A stretch of 64,000 nt of DNA, from NCBI RefSeq assembly GCF_000143415.4, contig NW_003314325.1, positions 522,567 to 586,566 on the forward strand, given 5' to 3'. Made by a program: the position numbers and the translations under genes. Origin of the DNA: Selaginella moellendorffii. Lineage: Eukaryota > Plantae > Lycopodiophyta. Below the pieces are notes generated by a model, which was not told the origin of the DNA, did no database searches, and saw nothing but the letters and a program-made list of their open reading frames with translations. Positions 48,378-61,975 of the stretch are shown here, one piece after another (the stretch's first letter is position 1; the number at the start of each line of letters is the position of its first letter).

Positions 48378-51300
48378 ACTCCCATGTGTCATGTGTTGGT
48401 CCTTTTGGGTCCCTTTTTGGAGCCTCGCTTTTTACTCGCTTCGTGCTTGTTCCTCGAGCCCTTCTTTGGGAGTTCCACTCCCGCTCTTGACTTTTCAAGT
48501 CGGAGCTTTTGGTCCAAACGTGTTACGCTCGTTTGGCTCTCGCTTCAGCCACTACCACGTGGCACCCTTTCCGGCTCCACTTTGGGGCCTAGGGATTTTG
48601 TGTCTCACAGCGGAGTCCTTGGGCATGTGAACCTCATCTTGTGACGAAGCTTGATGAGAGTATTCGTTTCTGCATCGACTATCGTCCGTTAAACGAAGTG
48701 ACGATCCCAAATGTGTACCCTCTTCCTCACACTGCTGATCTCTTGGATCGTCTGGGGTGAAGTTGTTGGTTCACAAAGCTAGATCTTGCTTTTGGGTACT
48801 GACAAGTATCGATGGCCAAAGAAGATATTCCTAAGATTACTTTTCGTACACCATTTGGTTTGTACGAGTTCTTGGTGATGCCGTTTGGTTTAAACAATGC
48901 TTCAGCAACTTTCTAGCGGATGATGGACGAGGTTCTTTGCGATATGCTGGAGGTGACTGCTGACTTCATTGATGATGTCTTGATTCAATCGGAGGGGACG
49001 TGGGAGGAGCACGTTTGTGATGTTTGTAAAGTGTTGGATAGGCTACGCGACGTTGGTTTAAAGCTAAAGCAGTCGAAGTGCGTGTTTGGGTCCAAGGATA
49101 CAACTTGTCTTGGGTACCGTATTTCTCGTGAGGGTTTGCAAGTTGATCCTGACAAACTTGTGGCTATTCTAAAGTTCCCTACTCCGAAGTGTGTGAATGA
49201 TGTGCAGCGCTTCTTGGGCAAGGTGCAGTATCTCGGTCGTTTTGTGGATCATCTTTCTGACCGCACTGCACCATTGCGAGCGTTGCTGAAGTCATCAACA
49301 TCATCTTTCATCTGGTTTCTGGATTGTGAGCGGGCGTTCGGGGATCTCAAAGAGCTGTTGACGACTCCTCTGGTTTTGGCATATCTTGACTACACTCAAC
49401 CTTTTATTTTTCGCATGGATGCTTCTGACATTGGTCTTGGAGGTGTGTTGATGCAAGAGAGCTCGAGTGTGCTTGGTCAATGCCATCCCATTGCGTATAT
49501 AAGTCGTACGTTACAACCAGCGGAAATGAACTACTTTACGACAGAGAAGGAGTGTTTAGCAGCAGTTTGGGGTTTCGAGAAACTTCATGCATATCTACAT
49601 GGTTCTCGGACGTTACTTGAAGGTGATCATGCTGCTGTTACTTCATTATTGAAGCGGAAGAACTTGGTGGGTCGTACTACTCGTTGGGCTTTGAAGCTTC
49701 AGATATATAATTTTGATGTTGTTCATTGCCCAGGGAGTTCTATGGTTGATGCTGATGCCCTTTCTCGAGCTCCTCTTCCTTCTCCATTCTCTTCTCATGT
49801 TTCTAACGAGCCTGTTGTTCTAGCCTCTGTGGATTTTCTAGACAAGGATTCTGTGCCGTCGGCGGTTGTTGTACTTGACGTTCAATGTTCACAAGGCGCA
49901 GAGCAAGATCTACCTTCTCTTGATGAGGTTCGCGAGACTCAACAAATTGGGCCGTGGATTCGAAGGCTTTGAGATGGGTTTGAGAATCCTGCATCACTTG
50001 CTGATGACTTGCCTTTCTGGCATTTCCATTCTCAATATCGCCTTGAAGATGGCCTTTTTTATTTTGTAGGGACGGATCCTGATGATCATTTACGATTGGT
50101 GGTGCCTTCTATCTTTATTCCACGGTTTCTCCATGCCTACCATGATTCTCCTATTCTAGGTGGGCATATGGGACATCGTCATGTAACCAAGAAGCTGCGC
50201 AGGTCTTTCTATTGGCCGGAGATGCGACGTGATATTATCCGGTATGTGCGTAGCTGTGTTTGGTGCCAAGCTTGTAATACTCCCCCTCGGGCTGTGGAAA
50301 GACAGTTGGAGTCAATTTCAATTTCCCGTCCATTTAAGTTGGTGGCATTTGATCTTATGGGACCTTTTCCACGGTCAACTACTGGCAATGAGTATGTTAT
50401 TGTTGCTTCTGACTACTTGACTCATTAGGTGGAAGTTGGTGCTCTCGCTAGCACCTTTGCAACTGCTGTTGGATACTTCCTCCTCAACTGTGTGGTGTTC
50501 CAACATTCTTGTCTAGAGTGGATTCTTTCGGATAATGGTCCCGCATTTATGGCTGAGGCATTTCATGTTTTGATGTCTCGGTTGGGGATACGCCACACGT
50601 TCACGAGTGCTTATCATCCACAATTAGACGGTCTGGTGGAACGGCTCGTTCGGACATTCAAGGGGATAATTGCGAAGTATGTGAACTTTTAGCATTCAGA
50701 TTGGGATAGTTATTTGCCATCTCTTCGGTATACATATGTCACAAGGGTGCAGAGTTCTGTTGGTGCTTCACCATATAAACTCCTATATGGTCATGATCCA
50801 ATATTACCAATGGAGCTGGGTTTACCTTTGTGATTGCCACGAGTTGCTGATGCTAGGTCATGGAATCAGTATTTGATGAGCATCCTTCCCTTTGTCCGAG
50901 TAGAGTCTGCCGAACACTTAGGCCATGTACAAGTGGGACAACAACGATGGTACAACTCCCATCATCGTCCACCTGTGGAGTACAAAGTGGATGATTTGGT
51001 GTTAGTCCGTTTTCCCCATCTTACGGTACGTGGTTTATCTAAGGGGCTCCTTGCGGAGTGGAAAAAACCGTATCGGGTGTTGTGGCAAGTTGGACCACAA
51101 GTTTATGAGGTTCGGCATGACGTCCAGTAGGCCGATCCTCCAGAGATTGTGCATGTGCAGTGGTTGAAATGTTTTATATAAAGGGACCAGGAGCAGTTAA
51201 TACCACTTACAAATCCGCCGATGCCTCCTCTTGACGTTCCTTCAGATCCCGGCCCATTTACAAGCCTTGATGATCTTCCATTATTCCGAGAGAAGGGGAT

Positions 51301-52155
51301 GATGTGAGGGCCAAGTGTACAGTTACAATGCCGTATACTAATATTAGCGTAGTGGGATTTTGGTAGCCATCGGATTGGTTTCAATTTGGACCACTCGCTC
51401 CTATATATAAGGTAGGATTTTTGGGCTAATTGATATGCATATTTTCTGTATTCTCTTTCCATATTCCAAGCACTTACAAGACTAGATAATTTCATTAAAG
51501 GATTATTTATCCTAAATTCTATAAATTTTTTTAAAAAATTAATCCTATTTGTCCTTTTCATTCTTATAATTTGATGATAAATCCTTGTGCTTAACAAAAA
51601 TCTTCTCTGAATTATTGCAACTACTTTGTTGAAAAATGTCATTCCTGATAATCTATATTTTTAGATTTGAGTTTGATTATTTATTATTCCAAAAATAGTC
51701 ACATTTATAGCTAACATTAAAAATCAATTTTAAAAACTGATTAAATAATATTCTATAATCTAGAAAAGTCAATTTTTAAATATAAAATAATTTAAAATGG
51801 TTAATAAAGCTAATGTTAAATATTTAGAACTATTGTTAAACTTGCACAAGACAATCCACAAAACCTGGTTGTCAATGCGCGGAATTTGGGGCTGCTGGAG
51901 CGGCAAATCCTCATGGACAATCTCATCTAGGTCAAAATATAGCTTTTCATGTGCAAAATATCATATACCACGTGGCATTTATAGTTTGGTTCTCATAACC
52001 TTTATAAAGAGCCTGTAATGAGACCGAGTTTAGGCGGTTTTGGATCGTTTATGAAAATTACCGTGTATAACAAAGTGAATCATGCAAAGCGACTTGCAGT
52101 GTTGTGAACTAACACGTCAGGTACTACACGCCTACGTGGCAAAAACACGTGGCAG

Positions 52156-55100
52156 TTATGGAAGTGCAAGCTCCGAGATGAGCTCTTTGAAACCTTCCTC
52201 CTCGCGAATGAATTCCACCCAGCGAGCGTTGATCCGGACTCTCTCCACGCACTGGCTCACTGTTCGCTCGATCGCCAGCATCCCATGCTGGCGGAAAAAC
52301 TCTTCAATCTCGTCGGCCTTTTCCTGGCTCGAAAACTGGGCAAAGAAAGAAGAACGAGAATTTTCACAACCAAGTTCGAGGTCACTGAGATTACCGAAGT
52401 TGTAGTGGTGACGAAGCGACTGATAAGAAATCCGCTGTCACCCCATCGACTGCGGAGAAGGCTCCAGTTTTCCTGCTTACACGGTTATGGTCTAGCAAAG
52501 CATGTAGTGTTTGTACCTTTAGCCAAGACCAGGCAGTCTCGCGGCCTTCCCTGCGAACTCCACCGAGTACGAAAAACGCATCCTGGTTACGAACCTGCGC
52601 GCAAAAATGCGAGTTTGCTTGCAAAGCGAACAATGAAAACTGGTATCCAGCTTACTTCGTCCGTAAGTATCAAGTTCAATGCTTCCCGAACGACTTCAGT
52701 ATCACTTGACGCCGCAAGGCATGCTGCAACGGGAGATGTTAGTAAAACCGGAGTCGTGCCAGAGAACAACAGTACATAGAATCCGTGTTCGTTCCTGGCC
52801 CAGGTCTGTTTCCCTGTAGATCTGGAGCAATGCATCATATCCAGATTTGTCGGCAGCGGTTACGCTTCGCATTACAGCCGAGTATGCAGCCTGCAACGCA
52901 ACAGAGGATTAAAAAACGCCAGTAAAAGTCGGCAACACTTACCTTTCTTATGTCTGCAGGTAGCCTCGAAGTATTTCTATCCTTCAAAAACTCGTAAAAA
53001 CGCTCTTTGGCTTCGATGACGGTTGGTTCATGGCCAAAAAGCACAAGAGCCAACATAAGATCCCCTCGGAGCATAGAGACGAGGTCACTTTCTCCGGGAA
53101 CAGCGTCCCATCCAACGTTTCTGAGCAAAACAAGCACAGGTATAAAATATTATTTTTGAAAGCGGCTCGTTACTTGGCTGGAGCGAGAAGCAGTCTTGAG
53201 AGGAAGCCTTTTGTATCTTCAGCAACAGCAGGAATAGCGTCGGCCAAAATCCATGATACACCTCTCGACACCTGTGACGATTATTTTCAGTTCCGGACAA
53301 CAAACAACGATCCCTTACTGTAATAAGGTGGCCCAGGACAGCTGGATCAGCCTCAGCGCTGTAAGCTTCCATCAAAGACAGTAAAACTCGCATTGGTTCT
53401 CGACAAGCTTTACACAAAGCGTAAATATCATCCAGAACACCTGAAAGAAAGAATTTCAGCACACAATCCGAAGCAATAAGTAAAATTTACCAAATCTATC
53501 GTCAGGCTGGAGATATCCTCCAGATATTGCAGACCGAAGACTCGCAGCTAGATGATCGTCATACTGGACTCTGTAGAAGCCTGTTTGGCCGACGTTGAGT
53601 TTTATCCACTTCCCTTTGGATTTTGTGTCCACTTCATGAGATATCGGGATTCGAGCGGATGTGCCTCGGACCAACGAAGTTTTGTACGAATCATATGAGT
53701 TGCAACACAAGGTGAGGGGTATGACCCACTCACCAAAGCCTGGTTGTCCGGTTGATAGAAACTGGGACTGCGCACGAAAAAGATTAATATTGGAAAGGGA
53801 GAGCTGACTTTACCTGATGAAGCTCAAGAGCATCGCCAACTAGCTTGACAGCCAAAACAGGGTAACCCTTCTGTTTTGTCCAGGAATTCATCAGCTCTTT
53901 AACCGGTTGTCCTGACTCTGATGAAAGAGAATCCCACAAATCCTCTGTTGCAGCATTCCTATAAGCAAACTTTTTGATATACGATGCAAGCCCTTTCTGA
54001 AAGAAAAATTCAGTATTTTAAGCAATCCGGTAAACCACTCTACCTGAAAAGTCTTAGCACAAAGGTAAGTTTGCAGCATACGAATGATAGATGCACCCTT
54101 TTTGTAGCTGATAGCGTCAAAAATCTCGTCGATCTCACGAACGTGACCAACTTCAACCTCAATTGGATGGGATTCAACAAGGCCGTCCAGTCTATAAGCG
54201 TCAACAGTCAGCTCGTTGAATTGAGTCCAGACTTTCCATTCCGGAAATAAGTAGTCTGCTGCCAAGTAACTAACCTGCAAAACATTTTCCATTCTAGAAG
54301 TTAAACTTATTCTCTAAGCAACCAGCTTACCCAGGTTGCAAAACCTTCATTTAGCCAAAGATGCGTCCACCATTCCATTGTAACAAGATTTCCAAACCAC
54401 TGATGAGCAAGCTCGTGAGTGACAACAACAGCAACCTGAAAATGCACAACACTCGGTAAAGACACCAAACAATGAACTAGAATGTAATACTCGTTGCTTG
54501 TTCGCGGCAGCCGAATGCTTCTCATCAAAGAGAAGAGCAGTCTCACGGTAAGTAACAAGGCCATAGTTTTCCATTGCTCCAGCTGCGAAGTCAGGAATAG
54601 CCACCATATCCATTTTAGGAAGGGGATACGGAGTCTCGAAGTATCTGAAGTAAAATCAAGATTTAGGAACATATACAATTTGTTTTGAACGTACTCCGTA
54701 TAAAAAGGAAGTGTTTCCACAGCCACACCGAGCGCAAATTTCCCTAGTTCAGCTTTTCCTGGCAAAGTATAAACACGAACACTCGTGCCTGGAAGACCAA
54801 GTTAAATGCATGCTAACAACATACGAAAGGGCATACCATCTCTAGTAGTCCCTTCTAGATAGCTCAGCTCTCCAACGACAACAGCTACCAAGTACGTAGA
54901 CATAATTGGAGTTACTTGAAACTCTACAACTTTAGAATCCCCCGACATTTTCTCGTTTTCCACGGGCATGTTTGACAACACCACGCGATCTGCCGGAGCT
55001 TCAATAACAATCTTGAAAGTAGCCTATGAAACAAAGACGAAAACTAAAAAACATAAGCACCAGAGCTGAAAAAAAATTCTACCTTGAAAGACGGCTCGTC

Positions 55101-55856
55101 CCAGGACGGGAAACACCTACGAGCATCAGCAGGCTCGAACTGTGTCACAGCCATGTTTCTCTTCTCGTCACCAACACTGTACGAGCTGCGATAGAAACCT
55201 TTCATCTGATCGTTCAAGGTTCCTTCGAAGCTCATGGACAACGTTCCCTGTCCAACGGGTAAGGCTTCCTTGAATTTCATCACCAGGATCTCATGGTCGG
55301 TTACTAGATCAAGCGTTGCCGGTTTCAACACCTGAAAGGCAACGAGAAACCCAGTCAAAACCACGAACAAAATCGAAAAGAAAGAACCAAGGAACCAAAC
55401 GATAATCATACACATCGTCGAGGTTTCAAGGTCCAAGCGATCGAAAACAAGAAGCCAGGCCAGAAGTTTATTCTTGTAAGAAATACAAGGCACAAGACAA
55501 GCCACCAGAGCTGGACGGGGGTTTAACCACCATCACAATCCTCATAGTACCTGACTGGAACCAGTTGGCCGGAACGAGACCGATCCATCGCGAACCTTCA
55601 AATCGGCAGCATTGATGATGATCTCGTCCACACCCTCCACAACTTCCACATCCACCGAGAGATCCCCATCAAAGACGCACGCCTGGAGGTCGGGCTTGAG
55701 GCGGAGATTGTAGTGACGAGGAAGAACACTCGTTGGGAGCCTGGGAGACCCCTTGACAGCACCACCACTTTCGTCGTTATCCCTCATTCTAGCGAAGAAG
55801 ATCGCGGTTGCGAGCACCAGAGCAGCAAACGCAGCGGCAGCGAATCTAAATGCCAT
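52156..55856 (-). CDS. APM1: Aminopeptidase M1 (puromycin-sensitive type), multi-exon
   Basis: [50 protein letters not shown]; many short GT-AG introns. Confidence 0.92.
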
Positions 55857-56199
55857 GCATACACACACTATTAGCAAGAAATCTCGAAAGTAATCGAAGG
55901 CACAGGAAGCAAAAGAACCTCAAAAGCCGCGGCGGCGTGACAAAATCGAGATTTCCCGATCAGTGAACCAGCCTCACCGCGAAATGCAAGAACTTGACGC
56001 ACAGGCAGGTACAGATAATGAAGAACATCGAGTAGAAGAGACGAAGAGACATCGCTCGCGAGAAAGATTTCCGGAATTTCACCCAGAGACCACAAGGAAA
56101 CGGCAGAGACGACGAAGAGCAAGAATCCTAGCTTACACGGCAACGGGCAAGCTCCGCACGGATCAATCCAAGCGCACAAGCCAAGACCTAGGAGAAAAC

Positions 56200-56290
56200 C
56201 CGCAAGAACCCTAAATCCTTCGTTAGCTGTTACCCGTTTATATATACGCCGGCCGGTGACACGTGGAGGGCATCCACTGCTACACGTGGC
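56200..56290. promoter_or_regulatory. Divergent promoter core between APM1 and the methyltransferase
   Basis: Telo-box-like AACCCTAA (~56207), TATATATA (~56239), two CACGTG G-boxes. Confidence 0.45.
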
Positions 56291-56611
56291 AGGGCCTCGT
56301 TTGTGGATAAACTCCATGGTTGTTCGAAATGCTGCCACTGGTACCTGGGAATAGAAAGCGCGCATTTAAAGTTATCGGTTTGAGATTCCCGCGCTAACTC
56401 AAAGCTTTAGATAGAGAGAGGCAATAGATAGGGTTGAGAAAATTCTTCCATAAATCCCGAAGAACCGGGAGCGATCGATCGATCTACTGCTGCAACTGGC
56501 AGGTAAGAAAATCTCGGCAAAGATCGGTACGTTTATTAAATTCTATACCCTTTGTTTGGTAGCTGCTTGCCTTGCCGGTTTGCTTGCTCCAATCGATTGA
56601 GTAGCGCGGCT

Positions 56612-58291
56612 ATGGCGCCGAATGCTCGACCGAGCAAGGGATTTCTCTATGGATCTGTGTTGAGGGCGGGGTTGTCCGCCATGGAGGCCAATCTCGTGCC
56701 CGACTTTGTGCTGCGCAGGGCGACGAGAATGCTGCTCGCGTCGCGCTTGCGGGAATTGCGACGGCATAGCGTAGAGGAGGAGTTAAACGAGCTCATGAAA
56801 TTCGCCAAGTGTACGTAACTTTTTTTTTTTCTTTGTTTATTTTTTCGAAGTTTCAGTGCTAGCTCGGTGGTTTCTTCGCATTTTTTTTCTTTCTTGAGCT
56901 TCTAGGAGTTCTGAAAGTTTTTTTTTTTTGCAGCTCTCAAACAGATGCCAATCGCCATCCATACCGACGCTGCGAATTCTCAGCACTATCAAGTTCCCAC
57001 CGAGTTTTACAAGCTAGTGCTTGGAAAGCACCTCAAATACAGGTTGAGATTTTTGTCTTTGTTTTTTCTTTCTTCCTTGTTCTTTTCAGTCATGACAAGT
57101 TTTCTTTCGGTTTTAGCTGCGCGTACTTTTGCAAAGATTCGTACACGCTCGATCAAGCTGAGGAGGCCATGTTGGAGCTTTACTGTGAAAGAGCACAACT
57201 TAAGGACGGGCAAGTGGTGTTGGACCTTGGATGTGGATGGGGATCGCTATCCTTGTACATAGCTGAAAAATATCCTGCCAGTCGAATCACCGGCGTTTCG
57301 AATTCTGCGACACAGAGAGAGTTCATTGAAGGAGAATGCAGGTAAGTGAAAGCAAACCTTGTGACTTTTGTATAACTCTCCCTTATCTCAAAACAGCAAG
57401 CGAGGACTGTCCAACGTGAAGGTTATCGTTTCGGATATAAACGACTTCCAGGCGCCAGAGAAATTCGACCGGATCCTCTCGATAGAAATGTTTGAGGTCT
57501 GACACTTTAACTCCTTATGCTACTTTTCTCTGACGTTTCTCCTCTGTCTGTATGGATCAGCACATGAAGAATTATCAAAAGCTTCTCAAAAACATCGCAT
57601 CATGGATGAAGCCAGATTGTCTTCTCTTCGTTCACATTTTTTGCCACAAGAACCACGCTTACCATTTCGAGGTAGAAACACTGTTTTGTTTTGGAGGTGA
57701 ATTATTTCTAACGTCATTCAAATGAAGGACACTGGAGACGACGACTGGATGGCAAGATCCTTCTTCACAGGTGGAACCATGCCCGCAGATCCATTGCTCC
57801 TTTACTTTCAGGTAAAACAAAAGCAAAAGCTCTCGTATTTGCAAAAACAGTCTCCAAAACTCATTTCTTTTGTCTTCCATGTTTTGCTACTCCAGGAGGA
57901 TGTCTCGATTCTACATCATTGGCGCCTCAGCGGAACTCATTATGCTCGAACCAGGCACGGTTTTCTCGCTCTCCTTTCCTTTTGCTTTTCCTCTCCTGCG
58001 TGTTTTATGTTCTCATAGCTACCTCCAAGGAAGCTACTAACTTCGAGCTCTCACTCATTCCAATGCAGTGAGGCCTGGCTAAAGCGAATGGACCAGAACC
58101 TGAGCTCGATTCGTCCCATCTTTGCTAAAGCCTATGGCGAAAGCGACGCCAGCACTAAGTGGCTCGCCTTCTGGAGAACATTCTTCATAGCAGTAGCGGA
58201 GCTGTTTGCCTTCGACAATGGCCAACAATGGATCGTCTCGCACTACCTTTACAAGCTCAAGGCCAGCGACATGGACGCCAATGCTACATGA
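56612..58291 (+). CDS. SAM-dependent methyltransferase (coclaurine N-methyltransferase/CFA-synthase-like), multi-exon
   Basis: ANSQHYQVPTEFYKLVLGKHLKY, VLDLGCGWGS, SIEMFEHMKNY, FFTGGTMP, WRTFFIAVAELF. Confidence 0.9.
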
Positions 58292-59059
58292 TATCAAAGA
58301 ATCACGGCAATCAGGTGCGTACCACTGCTGATCATACTAGTTTTTCTTTTTTCCTTTATTTTTTTGCGTAGATTCTCCCAAGGTGCAGGCACCAATATCT
58401 CTCTTTTTCGTGGTTTCTTTAGTTCGTCCATCGCTCAGGCTGGCTACAAGGTCCCTTTAAATTTTCTTCCATTCGGTCAGGTATCAACTCTAAAGGCAAC
58501 GACCGGCTCTTTGTTTACCACTATACTAAATCTTTTTCTATTCGTTTCGTCGCAGGAGTTACGACATTGTGATGTCATTCGCGATCCAACGGTGCCCGCC
58601 CAAATAGAAAACAACAGGCAAAACATAAGCTTCCACAGCCCAAATAGAAAACAACAAACAAAAACGTAAGCTTCCACACACGCCCGCACTGTGCATGTGA
58701 AGCTCATGGTTTTAATAAACTAATCACCACTCCATCATTGAAGGAACCATGGTCTGATATAATGGAAGGGACAATGAATACCCTTTGGGTTCTATAGTCG
58801 AATATCCAAAGATCTTCGAATTCTTCATGTTTTCTAGAACTTGGCTGTACAGAGAAACCGAGCCTGGAGATCTTCCGTACGGACGCGAGATCTTCCAGTT
58901 TTTCTTTCCTTGTTTTTCCTTTTCCGCCAGCATCATGAAACATGAATTACGGGGAAAAGGAAATCGCGCCAAGGAACGAAAGAAGTTTTCTTCCAAGAGT
59001 TTTTTTTTTTCCTCTGCTTTTCACCTGGCCGTGATGGAAGAGGTGGCGGCGAAGAAGAT

Positions 59060-61138
59060 TTACCTCGCGATTCCGATTCCTCCTCCTCGTCCTCCTACCA
59101 ATCCCCAGCACTCCGAAAGCTCTCCAGACGACTGCCGATCAATCAGCAGGCCCTCATCATCTTCCAGAAGAGCATCAACCTGGAACAAAATCCGCCATAC
59201 CCAAGTTTCAGTCCAACACGGAAGGAAGGCGAGGAAGCCCGTTCCTAGGAATAAAGTTTCCAAAAGCGGGGAACAAAGATAAAACAAAAAGAAGAAAACA
59301 TGAACACTTGGATTCTCTCCCTCTCAGAGCTGGGAGCTTTAGAACTTTAGAGAGGAAGAAAAAGAGAAGAAAAAGAGAGCTTGGAATGGAATTGGAATTG
59401 CTTACCTCATCTTCATATTCGCCGCCAGCTCTCATCTTACTTGTCCTGGCTGAGCCCGATGCCCCCGACGACGCGACGGATGAATCAACCACGTCTTCGT
59501 TTTTGGCAAACCGGCCGCGGACACGAGGGCGGCTGTCCGCAAGCGTCTTTCGGCACGCATACTGCCACAGTGAAGACAAACCACGTATTAAATATCGAGG
59601 CCCGGCAGCACGAAAGCGAGCGAATTATGCGTGAATGGAAACTCCACTGACCTTGATTTTCTTGTTAAAGTTCCGCTCGGATCGCTTCTGGCGGTATCTG
59701 TGAATCCGCTCCTTGCGCTCGGCGAGACTGTATCGTCCAATTTTAAAACCGCATTCGTCCTGGCCTTCAGATTGCAAGGAGGTGTTCATTCTCTGATGCA
59801 GGAGGAAGCAGTCGCATTAGCTACCTTAGCCTATTTTAACTCGGCAAAGTAAGGACAGACGACGAAAGAAAACGAAAGAGCATACGGAAAGACGATGCAA
59901 TATTATATGTCCACATAATCAGCAGAGAATCAGGCCGATAAAGACACCCATCAGACGAAAAAGAATGCGAAATGCAGCATCACAGTGCAAGGACTGTTTG
60001 AAAAAACTTTTCTAGATTGGCCTGCTAAGTTAAAATCACTCGAAAGCTGCAGCGAGCAAACAGAAAAACAAGCAACAAAAGAAGAAAAAAGAAAAACGAG
60101 AAACAAAAGCCCAAGAGACTGGTAATGAAAATTTCGTACCTGGATGTCACCGGTGCTGCAAACTCTCCTCATGCTGTTACTGCAAGGCGAGAAGCAGCCG
60201 GAGCTGGGGCTCCTCCTCATCACATCGATGTCAATTCCATCCCCTTCCTTGACTTCGAGGAGCTGCGAAAGAGATGGAACAATGGAGCCCGAGCAAGCGT
60301 GGAGGCCTTGCATGGTCGAATCCAAAGCGGAAGTTCCATTAGTCGCTGCGCCTGGCGTCGCTGAGGAAATCTAGAACAAAGGAGAAAGAAAAAGTCTCGT
60401 GAGCAAAGGAAAGCTATATCGTGAAAGATTTTACGCTGGGAAGTTGTCCAAGAGCGTGGCTGCTATAGCTCCTTTGCATCACATAAGGCCGCCTGGAAAC
60501 GTCGCCGCCATGGCCGCCAATTCCCCCATAGACGAGAGAGCCCCCCAATGGCGAGTCGTAGAGGCCGGCTTTGCCACTTCCACTGTTCCTGAGGATGCCA
60601 TCCTTGGAATCCACCACCACCACCGGAGGCAATTCCTTGCCAATCTGATGCTGCTTCTTGGGCGAGGCCAGCGGCGACGAGGAGATCCTCTTGTTGGAGA
60701 GCGGCGTCGCCGCAATCAGCTGGTCCAGCGAGAGCGAATTGAGCTCCTCGGAGACGGCAGAGAAGGAAGGCTTCCGGGTGGGCGATGAGGAGGAGATTGC
60801 CTGCTTACTCTCGTCTTGGATGTGGGCGCCATTGTAATGCTGTGGCAACGCGCCCAGGATGTCGGTGCCTTGGAAATTTGTGCCCGCAATGCCGTCAAGA
60901 TCGTTGTCGAGATCGTTCTCCTGCGAGCAAGCCGGCACAGAGATCGTCAAGAACGGGGAGGAAGAAAGAGGGCATGCATGCACGAAGAAGCCTAGACTAA
61001 AAATCCGAAAGGATTTCCTACCAGGAAGACGAGATCGTCCAATTCGATCATGGAGTGATTGTTGTCTAAAAATGTGAGCGGCTCCAGCGCGTACTGGCTG
61101 CTTAGCATCGACAATTCGCTTTCGGTCATTGCAGCCAT
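59060..61138 (-). CDS. CCT-motif family protein, multi-exon
   Basis: RYRQKRSERNFNKKIK|YACRKTLADSRPRVRGRFAKN; MRRVCSTGDI; MQRSYSS. Confidence 0.85.
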
Positions 61139-61975
61139 GGCGCTCAATGGAAAGAACTAACAAAGAGGAGAAGGAAAAGATTCAAGGAAGGATTCTAGAG
61201 AGGAGAAAGAAAGAAGAGGCCAGAGAAAGCTTTTCAGCGATTGAATCGATTCAACAAAGACGAGCTCTTGGCGAGAATTTGCTATCCCGCTGCTCCATTC
61301 TCGTCGAATTCCGGATTCTAGCTAGGGCTGAGTGATCCATGCACAAGACCGCGCCGGCAATCCACGAAATCTGGAGCACGTCGAGAATTCCAGCGCCTAG
61401 AGGAAGGATTCGTGGAATGCAGGCGATTGGAATTCACGAAGAACCCTAAGAGCAAGAGCGCTGGCACATTGAGAGAGATATATTGTCGCTGGCTATATTG
61501 TAGGAGAGCTGGCTGTATTTGGCTAGAGGAGGTTTTGGAGGGAGTTTTAGCGGAAAGTTGCCACGTGTGCGGCTGGCCAATCTGGCGGACAGCTTGGCAA
61601 GGCTAGGTTCTCTATCTCTCTCATGCATTTGGCCAGATTACAAGGACTCTTCGTATTCTAGGGCTCTTGGGGATTTCGAAGAGCTCTATAGTGGAGGACG
61701 ATCGCGCTACCGAGCTAGAGTTTGCCGAGCTAGCCGAGGTAAGAGAGCTCTAAGATCTCCTTTGCTAGAGCAATTCCCTACACAAGTTTTTCTCTGAGAA
61801 ATTGCTTGGATGACAATGAAGGATGCGCGGCTTGGATCTCTAGTGGCCGCATTTTCACGAATGAGAGGTAAATCGCTATATAATCTTCCCCTGCTGATAG
61901 ATTTCTCTTGCAGGGCGTGAGTTTCTTTTGAGCAGGAACTTCGAAGGAATACAAAAGAAGGAAAATTCTTTGCGA

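Larger units (their letters stand above)
40920..48609 (-). mobile_element. Element C: non-autonomous (LARD-like) LTR element related to A
   Basis: LTRs 40920-42718 and 46769-48609, near-identical apart from 42 bp of repeat units; TSD GCGGA; iMet PBS 46754-46765; PPT 42719-42732; 4-kb interior with no long ORF. Confidence 0.93.
38797..51478 (+). mobile_element. Element B2: older degenerate family-B copy interrupted by C
   Basis: LTRs 38797-38960 and 51303-51478; 4-bp TSD AGAC; gag/pol with many stops. Confidence 0.95.

Noticed and set aside
55871-56365. 164-aa ORF upstream of APM1
   Set aside because: Spans promoter and 5' UTR motifs; no recognisable domain.
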